A stretch of 64,000 nt of DNA, from positions 1,595,146-1,659,145 of the forward strand of contig MU054400.1 of NCBI GenBank assembly GCA_013239625.1, in the 5' to 3' direction. The stretch comes from Lama guanicoe. Its lineage: Eukaryota. Made by a program: the position numbers and the translations under genes. Positions 39,804 to 54,620 of the stretch are shown here, piece by piece. The notes beneath the pieces are model-generated. The model was not told the origin of the DNA. It was given only the letters and a program-made list of their open reading frames with translations, and ran no database searches. Within the stretch, counting starts at the first letter, position 1, and each line of letters begins with the position of its first letter.

Positions 39804-42800
39804 GCCTGGAAAAGTGGCTCACAGCCTTGGTCACATATTAGTTTCACCTGTGACATGATGATTAAACAGTATTCACGCCAAAGAGTCATTCTCTGTGATC
39901 CCACCAACATAAACAAATTCTTCTAAGAAACAGGTTCTTGGAAATAAATCTGTAGGCAGAAATGTCAAAAATCTCGTCAAACAACACTTTAAATTGGCAT
40001 TCCGATCAGATTTCCTAAAAATAACAATTCTCACTTAATAAAATCCATGTTCAATATTATATGAATATATATATTCATATAATATATATTATATTATAAT
40101 ATTATATTATAATATATTAAGGCCTCCAAAGGCCTTAATTCTTCTGTCCATTTCAGACTCTTCTGTTAGGCTAGTTACTAGGTTTCCATAAAAAACCTGG
40201 GGACTATAGGAAGACAGGTGAGAAGCAACAATAGCAAGAAAGTGAAGGAAATTAGGGGAAGTAGGTTTGCAGCAAACGTGTTTCCACGTCCCCACAACTG
40301 TTGCATAAATGGGACATACTTCAAGCTCAGAAGACCAGAAACAGAAACATAAGACAGTCCCGTATAGAAATGGTCATGCCAACAGTAAAAGCAAAGTCAC
40401 TTTCAAATTTAAATTCTAAGTATTATTGTCTTTGCTCCCCAGACGGTGGGCCCATATAGTACATGTGGCCTGTGCACACTATCAAAGGTGACCTGGGTTA
40501 GAGATTTTGAGCATTTCACATAGCATACCATGGAGGGTGCTTCTTAATGTTAACAAAGTCAAGGAAAAGCTTCCACGGACTTCCCCTGAAAGAATTCTCT
40601 GTGTTCCCGTCATGGTGAGACCACACGTATCTAGTAAGAAATCTATGCCCTTCAAAGTTTTGAAACATTTACACATACACAGAACTCTCATTTCTGTCAT
40701 CTTTAAAATGCATGGTTTTACTCATTTCAAATTAATAACAGAAAAACTAGAGGTACTTTAAATTTCAAGGAAATAGCCATAAATACTGAAATTCTGATAT
40801 CTCTTTGGGTTCCAGTGAGTGATTAAATTGGTGTCGTTGAAAAAATAAGTCTTCCCTGTGCTAATGGTGAAAATTCGTAATTTTTCATAGTGGATTTACT
40901 CAAGCTGAGTCATACTTTTTTTTCTTTTTAAAAATGTGCCTATTGAAAGAAGAAATAACCACCTTTCCTTAAATCAGTGGCAAGAGCTCATGTGCAGTGA
41001 ATAATATTTATTTGGAATAAAGAAAAACTGAATATTATCGTAAACAAATAATAATGCCTAATACGTACGGAGTCCTCTCTTTGTGCCAGCGCCCTACATC
41101 TTCCTGTGTTAACTCACTTAAGCCCCATAATGATCCTAAAGTTGCCACTGTTATTTTTATTGTCATGTTACTGATGAGGAAACTAAAGCACAGAGAGTTT
41201 TAAGTGACTTATCCAAGGTCACATAGCCAATGAAAGAGTTGGGGTTTGGACCAGGGATCTGGGTTCCAGAGTCTACAGTCTAAATCCATCCTGCCTCTCA
41301 AATGAACCAAATGATTCATACTACTTGCACAAGAATGAAATGAGTCTTTTCCTAAACATCTTAGTTAAAGATCACATTGCTTCACACAAAAAAGTAATCT
41401 GCCTCTCATTCTTGATAGTCTATTAGTAAATGAATAGACATGACTCTGTTTTTGTATAACTGTTGTTACTCATTTCTGGGCTTAATCTAGATGATAACAT
41501 AAAAACCTCATGATTGCCCCTCAGGATACAGACACAGGTGTCTGCTGAGTGTTTTCAGGAGCAGAAGAATGGTGTTTCATGTTTTCTTCTAGGAAAACAA
41601 ATTCGCTTCTGTGAGAAATGCAGTGGAAGGCCAGTCTTTATATTGCTGTAACACGTCTCTCTCAAGTTCTTCAACCACGGTTGGAAGTTCCCGTCACTAT
41701 TGCTTTTAGAATAGAACATTCTTTTCTCTCATAGTTGAGTAAATCCTGCTGAAATTAGCCAGGCTCTGTTCCACAGGAACCACTGCTCCAAGAGTTGTCA
41801 TAAAACGAGACACCGGCGTGTCAAAGTGCCCGTCATCCGTCACCTACTTGATCATCTCTCCATAAACTACTCAAACCCTGGCTTGGGTGCGATAAACAAT
41901 GCCATCTAACTGGTTTTGAATTCATATGTGAATTGATTGAACATTTTATTTAAGACGTGGGAGTAAAATATAAATGGAGGATACTGAGGAGGCCTGAAGC
42001 AGATAATCCTCTAAGAGAAAGCCGACAAAAAATGGGGATGTGGCCATAGTTACCGGGAAACACACAGCTAGAATCTCAAGATGAGAAGGAAATTGAAAAT
42101 GGGGCAAAATAAGCTCTTAAAGGAGGAATTGTTCTCTCCTCTGTATTTTAATTAGTGTGACCTTGGCCTTTGGAAACAAAGCAGAATGCAAAAAAAAAAA
42201 AAGGTGTCTTCTTTTCTTCCTGTTGGCAACGTTCTACACTCGAGAAGCTCGCTCTCTCTGTTGCATGTCAGTGTAGTTAGAGACACAGCCTCATTCTGCA
42301 GTGAAGATGACCGTCTAAAGAGGTCTGAGCTGTCTTTATTCACGGGAGCCCACCACCATCAGTGCCCCAGGAAAACTGTGGCTCCAGCTGAACCACACCT
42401 CTGTCAGTTCTGTGTCACCCAAGGGAGCTACTTTTGTCTCACAGACAAAATCAGTAGTAAAAATCTAACAGTGGCTTATCATTGGCCCCAGCATATCCTA
42501 TAATCACTTTTTCCTTTATTATATTTTAGTGAGACATTTATGAGTGAAATTCGAATATGTATAGCAAGCCGATCCAGGGGACCATAATCACAATCTTTAT
42601 CCATATAGTCGCAGATGAAAGACAAAAAGAAAGGCAGAGAGAGAGAGAGTTTCCATCTGTAACAGGGCTTAAACATAAATAACAGATTGGGCCTAAATTA
42701 AAATGAGGCTTCAAGGCTATAAGGAAGTAAATTTATTATGTCTTCCTTTCTATTTACTTTGACTGTTTGATTTTTCTCATGTAAAAGTTTGTAGGACTCG

Positions 42801-43606
42801 GAGAAGTTTACTCGGTCTACCAACTGCTGTGTAAAAGATGGAGATGACGGATGGAAGTATCCTTGGATGGATGACACGTGTGGAGCAGCAGTCGGGAGGG
42901 GAGGCATGTCAGTTGTGCAAACCAAACAGAAGTTGCTGAGCCCAGTGGTCTGTAAGCATGTGCGTCTCTGTGTCTCTATAGTAAGTACACCTGTAGTAAA
43001 TGAGTGAAGAATACCCGAGTATGTTTATTCAACAGGGCCCGATTTTTTCCATTCAGATCCTTTTCTGGACCCTGTATCTAATATGCACACAGTTCCACAG
43101 GAAGAAATTGAGCACCATCACTTTCTTTCTTCTAGAACATCCCATGGGTTACAACTTCAATGCCACCTTAGAGCAGACGAGTTCCATAAAGACCTTTGTG
43201 CGTGACTCTCCCAACCTGATGAATGAATCTCACGTATTATCTTTAATCAGAGACTTTCAAGTTTAAGAACTGCCTGTGCTTATCATTGGAACATGTTTTA
43301 AAGCATATATATTTTGTACATACTCATATATTCCACGTTAAAATATACTCAGTCTGTTGAGAAAACCTAAGAGAATTAACTGAAAAACTTTTCATAAAAT
43401 GATATACTTGGACAAATACCGACAAAATATTTTAACTACCAAACATTAATACCCTAACATCTCTGAAGAACACGTACAACTCTGTGAAATAAGATGTATG
43501 CTTAAATAGTCAAAGGGGAAAAAAGTTAATACATACACATACACAAAATAAAAATAAATCAAGAAATGCAAAATGCCATTAAGAATATTTTAAAAATTTA
43601 ATGTCT

Positions 43607-43696
43607 GGGGGGAGGGTAATAGCTCAGTGGTAGAGCACATGCTTAGCATGCACGGGGTCCTGGGCTCTGTCCCCAGTACCTCCATTAAAAAAAAAA
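43607..43696 (+). mobile_element. Vic-1-like tRNA-derived SINE (camelid type)
   Basis: ggggagggtaatagctcagtggtagagcacatgcttagcatgcac...ccccagtacctcc plus A-tail; degenerate TSD aaaaattta. Confidence 0.88.
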
Positions 43697-45294
43697 TTTA
43701 GTATCAAGAATCATCAGCAAACCTGTACATAATGTTGACAGAATATTTAAGAGAGCACTGAAGTTTCCAATGGTGTGGCAAAATGGACACTTCCATACAT
43801 TACTTTTTGGAACAATAAATTGCACAGCCTTTCTGAGGGAAAGTTAGCAATATTCATTTGAACTCCTTAAACATGTTCCTTTTGTAACTTTTGAACTAGT
43901 AATTCTACTTCTAGGGCGTTAGACCAGTTAAATAATCAAAAACGAAAATAGTTGTGTGCAAGGATATCTTTTATATCTTTGCTGTTACATTTCTTATGAG
44001 TGACATTAGAAGCAGTCTGCATGTTCTGTATGTTCAACAATAGGCTAATATTTAAATAAACTGTATCAAATGTCTGTAAGGGAGGAGCAAGCAAGCATCA
44101 AAATGAAAGAATGATGCATAATTAGAACAAGATATAAGTTTAGATGGAAAAGAGACAGACATAAAACTGTATTTACCAGATGGTCCAAATTTAAGTGTAT
44201 TGTAATAATGCCACATCTGAATTTCATGCCAGTAAACTGAAAGTGTTTTATCTGATTATGACGATACTAAATCAGCAGTCGACACACTTTTTCTTAAAGG
44301 TCCAGATGGTAAATAGTTTAGGCTTTGCAGGATTTAATTGGTATTTGCTCACAGACTAGGAGGCAAAATCAAAGATACTGTAGAGGCTTTTTATAACCAT
44401 TTAAATGATAACCATTTAAAATCGTGAAAACCATTTCTAGCTTTCATGCCATTAAAAAAAACAGGCAGCTGACTACAATTTTCCAATCCCCATCCTACAT
44501 TAACTAACTTGGTAAGTTCTCAAGTTGCTTTCTGGTTTAAAACGTCCTATGCAGTAGGTAAGAATGTTAATACCAGCCCAAGGCACCTTGTGGGATTGTG
44601 CTGAGAACTTGACGTGTACGGAAGCTTTTAGCAAATGTAAACTGTTAAAAAAAAATCATAACGTGGAAGAATTTGTTCTCCCCTGGAGTCCCTTTTCCTT
44701 TTTTCCTGCCCACCTAAATCCTACCAGTCCTTCAAGGACTATCCGAGGTTAAACTCTTTTCTAGGAAGCCCCCCTGTTCTTAAAGCTCCAGCAATCTTTC
44801 TTCTTCAAACGATGTGCATGCCGTTTAGATTTTTGCACGTGCGTGTGTGTTTTTTTTTCCCTCAAAGTAGATGTAAGTACCGTGAGGGAAGAATTTGCCA
44901 TGGACATTATTTTCTACGCCTCACTACAAAGAGCTTGCCATAATTATTTTGAATTCATTATATATTTAAAATATACCAATTAAATTAAGTGACAGGAATT
45001 GTACTGGTTTGCTGGTTTCCCTCCACTGTACCCACTTGGCTTCCATGTGGAAGGAGAAGGGAGTCTGACTTCTCCCTCAGGTGTGATTAGCCAAAAGGTG
45101 ATGTGACAATGGGACTGGCTGATTTTCACAAATTGAATGTTGATTGCAAATTCTGTGAATTTGGAGTAGACAGTACTTCTGGCTGAGAACAGATTGTTAT
45201 CATGCTCTTTAATACTGGTTGATTGGAAGCCAGTGAAAGGATGTTCTGATGTTAAGCAGTTGAATTAAAAACTTCATGTTCTTAGTTTTCTCTT

Positions 45295-45419
45295 GTGTGT
45301 GGGGGGAGGGGGAGGTAATTAGGTTTATTTATTATTTTTAGATGATATACTGGGGGTTGAACTCAGGACCTGACACATACTAAGCATGCGCTCTACCACC
45401 TGAGCTATACCTCCCCCAC
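45295..45419 (-). mobile_element. Vic-1-like SINE
   Basis: Reverse-orientation A/B boxes; TSD agttttctctt at 45284-45294 and 45423-45433. Confidence 0.88.
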
Positions 45420-46259
45420 CTCAGTTTTCTCTTTTGCTCAGTTATCTTGGGCTCTGAAGTGTTCTTGCCTTGAACACAGCTCTGAATAAAGTAACGAGAG
45501 AAGAACAATACTCTATTTCTATTCCTTTTCAATCAAACTGTTATATCCTTGAAAGAAATTCTCCTTTAAAAGTTGACAGTCCGCTCTTAGCTTGCTTTAT
45601 GATGTATTTAGATATGTTTGGGGAAGTCTTTCACAAATTCAAAATTCTGGGAAGAAATAAGCTCTTGTTCTTAGTCTTTTTTTCACCCAAAACAGCAAAC
45701 TCACACAGCAACAATAGCTTAATGTTATTCAATTTCTAGCATTCACTTCTAGTCCATGAGGAGCTCCTAGATTAGCATTATGTGTGCTGTGTTGGATTAC
45801 TTGATATCCAGATAAGATGATGGATGCCCTACAAGGCATTATTGCTTAAATTATTTGAGTTTAGTTTAATCAACGCTGTAGTGCTGTTATATTTGACCTT
45901 GAAGTAGCTCCCCACGCCTCAGGTGCAGCTCTTGATTTCTCACTCCCATTCTTGCTTCAATAATGCTGAAGACTGAAGTTGGAGCATTACTCCTACAGCT
46001 CCCCACTTTCCCTGGCTGGACTCCCAGTGGCTGCCTCCTACCCTGGATGGAGCTCTTGGCTTTCTAGAATTCACATAACCAACATCACCAGACATCCCCT
46101 GTTCACCATCAGCACCAAAAGTGCCATGCACAATGGTATTCTAATTAAAGGTCATCAAAATTTGTTTTAATATATTATGCTTTTATTTTTACATGATAAC
46201 TGGGGCTATCCTAGGGCTCTGAAAAACAGGCATGGATTCCCAGCCCTGCCTATTTGTTC

Positions 46260-46756
46260 ACAGAAGGGTTTAGCCCTTTTTGTGCCTTGCACGTCCTTGG
46301 CCAACTGGTGACACCTATCTGGACCTGTGTCAGAATAACGTTTGTAAATGAATAAGATACAATATGTAGGACTGCAAAGGAAACCCAGTAGATCGAAATC
46401 CAGTTATCAAAATTGGAAAAATTTTATGATATAATATCATATTTGCTTGTTCATTAATAGAATATATAATGTGATCTAGCCACTGGTACAGTAACTACCA
46501 TAGTTTTGAAGGACGGACAGACATAAAGTACACTTGCAGATTCTGCAGCAACTTTAACGTGAAATGAAAAGAACTATGATTTCTATTAGTGGCCAGATCA
46601 CAGGTATTGCTAATACATGATTAGTTGCCAAAAGCCATAGTAGAAGGAGATGCTAAATTACTGTAGGGTAGAAACGAAAATAAACGTGCTTTCTTCCCAT
46701 GCAAGTTAAAAAAACCCCTTCAGTTCTGTCCAGGGGCCCCAGGTTAGGAGGCCCTT
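46260..46756 (+). mobile_element. hAT-Charlie-type non-autonomous DNA transposon (MER119-like)
   Basis: ccctttttgtgcc...cagaataacgtttgtaaatg...cagttatcaaaa...cccaggttagga. Family name recalled from memory. Confidence 0.6.
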
Positions 46757-47490
46757 GTTGGGACTTTATCTATCCCTCTTTACACAAGCTGGGAAGGGAA
46801 AAGCAGGGGCAGGGGGAGAAAAAGTCTCAGAAAGAGAGACTATGAGACAGAGAGACTGAGAGCCAGAGTAGGACGACTGTAGCAATGTGAATAAAAGTGT
46901 AGTGAATGCGCTAGCAGAAAAGGCAGGAAGAGAAATGAAATGAGAGATAGGAATGAAAAAGAAAGCTTCATTTCTGAGGAAAAAGAAACCACAAGTGAAG
47001 GTTAGTTACAGAGCATCCTGATCCGGGGGGGTGTGACCACGTTTACAGGTGATCCTTTGTCTGCAAGCAGCCCTGAAACAGGATACTTAACGGCAGGGAT
47101 GTGGGAAACCTGGCAAGTCTACCAAGATGGATACCCGAAAGCCTGCAGGAGCCACTGGCTCATAAAAACTAATTTAGCAATGATTTCCCTAACTTTGGTG
47201 CATTTCAGCCAGAACCAAACCTGCTTGTGGTGGCGAATATTTCCCATATTTCTTAGATGAATTGCTATTTGCTCCTGTTCATTAATTGGAAACTCAAGGA
47301 ATAAGGCCAAGGAACAGACTGCCTACTACCACAGAGGGGATTTTTTGCAAAAACTAATAGGATTATATCCAACACTTCCACATCTCTGCTCTATAATTTA
47401 TATAAAGACAAAATATTTTCAATATGAAGCATCTTAGCAATTCTGAAACTCTTTGAAAATAATGATGATAGCTTGAATAGAACAGTTTTT

Positions 47491-48097
47491 TTAACATTTT
47501 TTATTGATTTATAATCATTTTACGATGTCGTGTCAAATTCTAGTGTTCAGCACAATTTTTCACTCATTCATGGACATATACACACCATTGTCACATTTTT
47601 TTCTCTGTGAGTTATCATAACATTTTGTGTATATTTCCCTGTGCTATACAGTGTAATCTTGTTTATCTATTCTACAATTTTGAAATCCCAGTCTATCCCT
47701 TCCCACCCTCCACCCCCCTGGTAACCACAAGTCTGTATTCTCTGTCTGTGAGTCTATTTCTGTCCTGTATTTATGCTTTGTTTTTGTTTGTTTGTTTGTT
47801 TTTGTTTTTGTTTTTTTGATTCCACATATGAGCGATCTCATATGGTATTTTTCTTTCTCTTTCTGGCTTACTTCACTTAGAATGACATTCTCCAGGAGCA
47901 TCCATGTTGCTGCAAATGGCATTATGTTGTCGATTTTTATGGCTGAGTAGTATTCCATTGTATAAATATACCACATCTTCTTTATCCAGTCACCTGTTGA
48001 TGGACATTTAGGCTGTTTCCATGTTTTGGCTATTGTAAATAGTGCTGCTATGAACATTGGAGTGCAGGTGTCATCCTGAAGTAGATTTCCTTCTGGA
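47491..48097 (-). mobile_element. Young 5'-truncated L1 with perfect 18-bp TSD
   Basis: Uninterrupted ORF2 C-terminal frame (MFIAALFTIAKTWKQPKCPS...); TSD ttgaatagaacagttttt at 47473-47490 and 48098-48115. Confidence 0.95.
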
Positions 48098-49539
48098 TTG
48101 AATAGAACAGTTTTTATTCCATAATATTTTGTTCTTTTAAACCCATACTCTTAGTAATTTGTTAAACACAATTTCAGCAAAATCAGTGGGTTTTATCCCT
48201 CTATGGGTCAGTTACCTTTAAATAAGAACAAAGAGAAAAATCATGTTATCTTCTATGTCACAGACTATATGTACTCAACTCTTCTCAGATGACTTTCAGA
48301 TGTTGCCTTTGGGGCCAAGATGGCTCTGGATAAAATCAATAAAAATACATTGCCACTGTGGGAATGAATTTTAAGTACCTTGACTTAAAAGTCAATTAAA
48401 ATTTAACAGCTACTGCTTTAAGTTCAAATATTGTGTTGTTATTCTGGAGTATTTAGTTCTAAAAGAGGCGCCTTTTCTCATTTAAGCCTACAATTCACAT
48501 GGGTGAGCTATTAAATGAAAGCTTCTTCATTATTTTCAGAATACGTGGCTCTTCTTTACACTATGCTTAGCTTGAAAACAAGCATGTATGAAGACCATCC
48601 TGGATGGGAAAAAGTATCTATGAGGCAGGGTAGCCAAGTTTTGAGAGACGTATCGACAAGGTCTCCCTTTCTGAGGTGATGGTTTCAGTGTGATGAGCTG
48701 GCTTTCATCCAATCCCCCAGCTTTCAAATGTTGAAAATCTAGTACACAGTGTTTTGGGAGTCACCTCCTGCAGCAGTGACACTGTCCTCGAGCTAGCTCT
48801 TTTGGGTAAATTATTTCCTGTTAATCCAACAAGGACCTTCCCTTTTCTCTGACAATGCATCTCAATCTTTCCCCACCCTTGCTTTGTATGCAAAATTCAA
48901 CTGATTTTCTCTGTGCCGTTGGCACTGATGCAATGCCATTCACAATATTTCAAATATTTAAGTACTTTTCCACTCCTAACTATGGCATGTCTTAGTTTGC
49001 GTTGTCCCAGATGTAGACCCTGGGACAAGAATTTGAGTGTTGGGAGGTTCAGGAAACACTGGTAGCTTATTGGTAGATGTTTCTAAAAACTTGGCTATGC
49101 TACCAGGGAGCCATTCAGTTTGTTAAGGACCCATCTTACTTGGAGAATATTTTCCAAGGCCATTATGGATTACAGTGGATCACTTCTGAGCCTTCTCCAG
49201 TCTAGATATTTAAGTGCTGAGGGATTCCATACAACCTTGTTCAATCACTGGCCCTGAAGAAGAAGCTTAGAGCATTAACCCTTTCTGGGCCATCAATCTA
49301 AATACTGAAGTGGGTACACCCTGGTCAATAGGATTTTAAATAATGGTACTTTTTTAGCATAGTCATGCCAAATGATCCCTTTCTGAATTGCATATCTGGA
49401 CATCTCCAGAATTTGTGAAGACAGATCTTTTTTGACCAGTCTGTCTTTCTACTTAGAAGCAGATCTGGTGGTAATTGCCTAAAGCAAAATTAAATAGATG
49501 CCACGGAAAAAAAGAGGGTTCTGCATGTTCCAAACGTAG

Positions 49540-49862
49540 CAGCAACACTATCTCCTATCTACATGCTCTTATGGAACGTGACCAATTCCTCATGCTGTGA
49601 GGAAGTCCAGTCTAGCCTATATGAAGAGACCACAGGAGAAGCCCTAATGAGACTTGAAGAGAGCTGACCAGCCAGTCCCCAGCTGTTCCCACCACCTGCT
49701 GCTCTACCACCAGTCAACCACCTGACTATACTGCATGAAAGATTCCAAGCTAGGATCACCCAGGTGAGTCCTTCCAAAATTCCTGACCTATAGAAACTAT
49801 GAAAAACATGAGATGATTATTGTTTTAAGCCTTTAAGTTTTGGGGCAAATTGTTTTATGGCA
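49540..49862 (+). mobile_element. Old MaLR (MLT1) LTR remnant
   Basis: gagagctgaccagccagtcccc...aattcctgacctatagaaactatga...ttaagttttggggc. Confidence 0.7.
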
Positions 49863-52800
49863 AAATGAAAAGTTTCTCTAACAAAAATTGGGCAAAACTG
49901 GGCTAAATCAAACTTGATAGGTTTTTGTCTTCCCCTGCAGGATTTTTCAGAATCTTCATATGCTAATGAGCATGTCACCTCTAAGACTGCATTTAGTATG
50001 CAGTGTTTTCCAATTCATTTCCCCAAGAAACAATTTTTATATCTACCCTCAAAGCATAACCCTCAAGGGAAACGCTGAGCTAAAATGAGGCTCTCTTCTC
50101 ATTTGCAGGCTTCTCTGTTCCTCAGTGATCTGAACTATAGGAAATGAAGATTTTGCTTCACGGTGATAATGAATTGAAGAACAAGCAGATAGTTATTGGC
50201 CAGCACAGAAAGAGTCATCACTTGGTAACTCTTGCGTGTGACGTAAACTCATTCCTGCAGTATCGGAGAGCAAATAGCATAGACTCGGAATGTCACTCGT
50301 TATTTGCTGTGCCAATAATAGCTCCAGGATGTGCTGTTCTTCCAATGGGTTTGAAAAATATTTCAATGTGCTGAAATTTTCATAACTCTCTGGTTCTTCT
50401 ATCTCACTTTCAAACTGAAAAGCTCTTCAGAAGTTGGTTAAAAAGAGAAAGAGACATTTATCTAATCCCTTTGAGACAAGTGAAGGAATTATGGAGAAAA
50501 TTCCAAATTTCACTCCAGTGTAATATTAGATCCCCACTTGGCTTTAAGATAGAATGCTTCTCCTTTCCAGAAAATTCTGAAAGGTCAGGAAGGAGGATTA
50601 AATTGCTCGTGATTGGGAAATTTTTATATGCTTTGTGTTAAAAAATTAGACAATATTGAAAAAGTTAGAAATAGTTCATTTTTCTAATCAAATATGTGAA
50701 ACTGGAGTTAAGGTGAAGAGATCAAACCTCAGTAAATATATAACAAGGGAGTATCACCTATGATTTGATGCAGGAACAGGAGTGAGAAGTTACTCTCTGA
50801 CTCTCAGTCACTGCATGACTATATCAGATTCTCATTCTTGACTCTGTTTCTCCATGAACAAACTGCCACTCAGTTTCTAGCTCCTTTACCTGAGAAATTC
50901 TAAATAAAGTCCAAGTCAGAGCTGGGACTACCATGAAGCCAATGAGGCACTCCCGTTGGCCACAAAACTTCAGAGGAGCAAAATCTCAGTTATCATGACA
51001 TATATAATATTTAGTGCAATATTTTAAAAAATCAAAATTATTATAAACAAAGATCTATGATGAACAAAATGTCAAAATTTTCAATAAAATCAGGATTAGT
51101 ATTACTAATTTTTCCTCTGCTCTGGCTCTAATACAGCCCAGCATAGCACTGTTACTAAGCCCTAAAAGTCACATAAATTGAGCTCCACCAACTTATCACA
51201 CACGATAATTGTGAAAGACAAGAAACCAACACTTACATTGCTTTAGGTTCCCTCACACAACTCAGAAACATTCTTTCACATATAGGTTATCTTATTTAGG
51301 CAAATCATTTCAGGACTTTGCATGAGTCCAGATTCTCATAGTCAATAGACATTAAAAATATGATATTATTTATTTATGGTATTAAAAATATATGAAACCA
51401 TAAGAGGGGTCCTCTACAACATATTGTCCAAATCAATAGGGGCATTTATTTTAATTGACTGTTAAATCTTCCAAATTGGTAAGGGTGTTTGTTTTTTACT
51501 GACAATTGAAAGATCAACAATTCAGTTGTTCCAGCACAGAGCCAACCTCCTGAACCATAGCTTCTTTCCCCAGAGCTCCAAATACTCCCTTAGCTATTTT
51601 ACAGGGAAATTGCATTCTTTTCAGAAACCCTTTTTGGAGCCATGTAATCTCTTGTTCCCATATCCACAGTCTCAAAGGACTGTCTGAATTTTTGATGACA
51701 TCACCTGCTACACTACAAACTGAAACTCTTAGACGTTTTCTTAAAATAAATAAATAAATAAAAACACATAGTGGTGTCATGAAAATGATGTCTTATCTGC
51801 AGTGGCCACCTCCTTTCTCTAACAGTCTCCACCCAGGGAAATAGGCCAAGAGTATCTGAATGTGAAATGGCACATGCTTATTGACAGAGTAATCACTGGG
51901 TGATCACAGTCTCTGCTGTGGGGGCAGGGGTCACAGAACACTAGGCCCTTGGTGAGTCTGGACATGGAGATGCTGCAGAATTTTCCCTGTTCATGTCTTC
52001 CTGAGTAGTAACCCAGATATGAGGGATTTGGGCTCCAAATCAAGGACAGAGCCAGCCAGCTCTTCCGGCACATTAGTGCTCTTAACAGCACTATCCACAT
52101 CACCAGGGAGCTGGTTAGAACTGCAGAATCTGCTTTTTAACAGCATCCCTGGGGGATTCGTACACACATGAAAGTTTTAGAAGCACTGTATATTAAAATT
52201 TGAGATTTTTACTGCTCTAAGCACACACTCCTTCAAGATATTTTCTTGTATAAAACTAGAGCAGAAAATGTCTTTTTCAGGGATTTAAGCTAAAAATCTG
52301 AAGGGTCATTTAAAAAGCTCCCTTTGAACATGAAAACATTCGTTAGTTACCCGATTTTTGGATATTTTTAGTATATGGTAGCAGGTTGCTAATTTCCCCT
52401 TCTGACTTTAAAATACCAGTGTGGTAGGAAAATACAGTAGTTGAGGAAACTAAAGGTATCAATCAGTGATATCAAGGATTTTTTTTTTTAACCACTGGCA
52501 GGAATTGGTTCTAACTGCAGTGACGGGTCATACTGAGAAATGATGGCCAGCGAGCTCATGTAAGTGTCTCTGAAAGACAGCACTACAGCCATAAAAATTC
52601 ACCATTACCTTAGAGACCAAGTTCCTGAGGGGAACCTTCCTCCCTAAGGGAATTCTTCCCTGAGGATTCTTTAGTGCTTCATAGCTAGATTCACCTTGGA
52701 GTCTTAAAACACCCCGTACTTAAACTTGGCCATGAGCTCAAGAGCACATTGCTACTTCAGCCTGTGGTGTCAAGGCAGGAATAGGTGGGGGCAGAAAGAG

Positions 52801-54291
52801 GAAGCAGTCCACTCTGGGGACTGGATTACCCATGCTCTGCTTCCAACAAAGCCAGAGCTACACACTGATTCAAAGTCTTCAGTAATAAATATACTAGCTC
52901 ATAGTTAGAAAACCAAGTAATGGGAACAAAAATAGTCGTGCCTTAATAAAGTAATGTTGAACTGGCTAAATGTCTTCTTGACACTAAAAACTTAAATGCT
53001 AGGGGTGTGTGCACTGCTTGGCCTCTTGTTCATATTCTGAGAGAGAATTCTGATGTTGCCTTAGTGGATGGTGAGAGAATCCAAAGAGAACACGGGTCCT
53101 ATCAGCTGGCAAATATCAGATAAGAATCTATCATCTTTGTTCTAAGTAGAGTAACTAGGGAAATTATATAACATGCAGCATTTGAAAAATCAAAGAAAAA
53201 TATTCTTGTGCCAAAGATACAGAGAAAAATTATTCTTATTAATACTGTGAAATAAGATAAAAATTTAAAAAGCGTGGCTGTTTTCAAAAACACAGAAGAG
53301 AGCAACGTCATAAAATTAAGGGGAAAAATGATAAAAATAGAACTGAGAAGCCAGGCTTATGTGAAAAGGTAGATAGCAAGAACACAATACAAATGTAAAG
53401 AAATCTACTATTGGTGTAGCTAACTAAAGCACATCCTGACGGCAGTGCAGAAGCAGAGAACTAGTGCTGTGGGCCCAAAGGAAAAACAGAATCAGTGAAA
53501 TCAGAGACCAACTAGAAAAGCTCCATAAGGAAACAGATGAAGACGATAAGATAAAAAAAGGTAGCAATAGATTACAGAGCACAAAGTTCCAACCAGTTGG
53601 CCACTGATATCACTGAGTATTAAAAATATATAAAAATGAGCCTTCTGCCTAATGGTTGACTGAGAAGATCAGCAAATCCTTTCCCCTAATAATCTGTGAA
53701 ACATTTATGCCTGAAAGACAGCTGAACTTCAAATAGGAACAGTGGGAGTCTGAAGCACTCTTGCCTGGAGCAGCTCCATTCACTCCTGAGCCCTCCAGCT
53801 CAGCAGGCATGGGGGTTCTGCCAGGACAGGGGGCAGGCTGCGCTTTGGAGTGGTGGCAACACCCATGTCCAGCGACATTGTTGGTGGAAGCGATGACCTC
53901 AGGGATGAGTATAAGGAGGGCCAATACCTGTCCAAGGCTGAGGTCATGACTGGACAAGTATATTCCTGGTTCAGGCTTGGCTGGGGCTGGGGGGTGGGAG
54001 CAAGGATTAACTGCAAAAGAGGACAAAGGGACTTTTGGGGATGATGAAAATGTTCTGAAACCAAAAAATCATTTTATTGTTTATACCACTTGGCATGTGT
54101 AAATTTTATGTGAAACTGATACACCAATAAAAGTTTTAAAAAACCATATACAAAAAGAAAAACTTGCTAGGGTGCAGGAAAAAAGTCAGAATCTACAGCT
54201 CTAGTGAGCTCACCATACCCCTGGCAAAAATTAATGTTGCTAAGTCTTCAACTTGTTTTGGCAACAGTTTTATTTTCATGATAAGGACTAT

Positions 54292-54620
54292 TATGCTGTA
54301 CACCAGAAACTAACACAACATTGTAAACTGACTATACTTCAATAAAAAGAAAAAACTTAAACAAACTATGGTTACCATCGGGGAAAGGGCGGGGAAGGGA
54401 TAAATTAGGAGTTTGGGATTAACAGATACACATTACTATATATAAAATAGGTAAACTATAAGGACCGACTAAACAGCACAGGGAACTATATTCAATTTCT
54501 TGTAATAACATATAATGGAAAAGAATCTGAAAACAATGTATGTATATGTATAATTGAATCACTTTGCTGTACACCTGAAACCAACATTGTATATCAACTA
54601 CACTTCAATGAAAAAAAAAA
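54292..54620 (+). mobile_element. Two adjacent L1 3'-end fragments
   Basis: Two copies of the terminal motif gctgtacacc.gaaac.aac...ttgta...acttcaat plus A-tail; flanked by ataaggactat/ataagaactat. Confidence 0.85.

Noticed and set aside
43607..43690. tRNA-like sequence with A and B boxes
   Set aside because: A-tail, TSD and multiple diverged copies identify it as a SINE, not a tRNA gene.
47644..48057. 137-aa ORF
   Set aside because: C-terminal tail of L1 ORF2 in a truncated element, not a gene.
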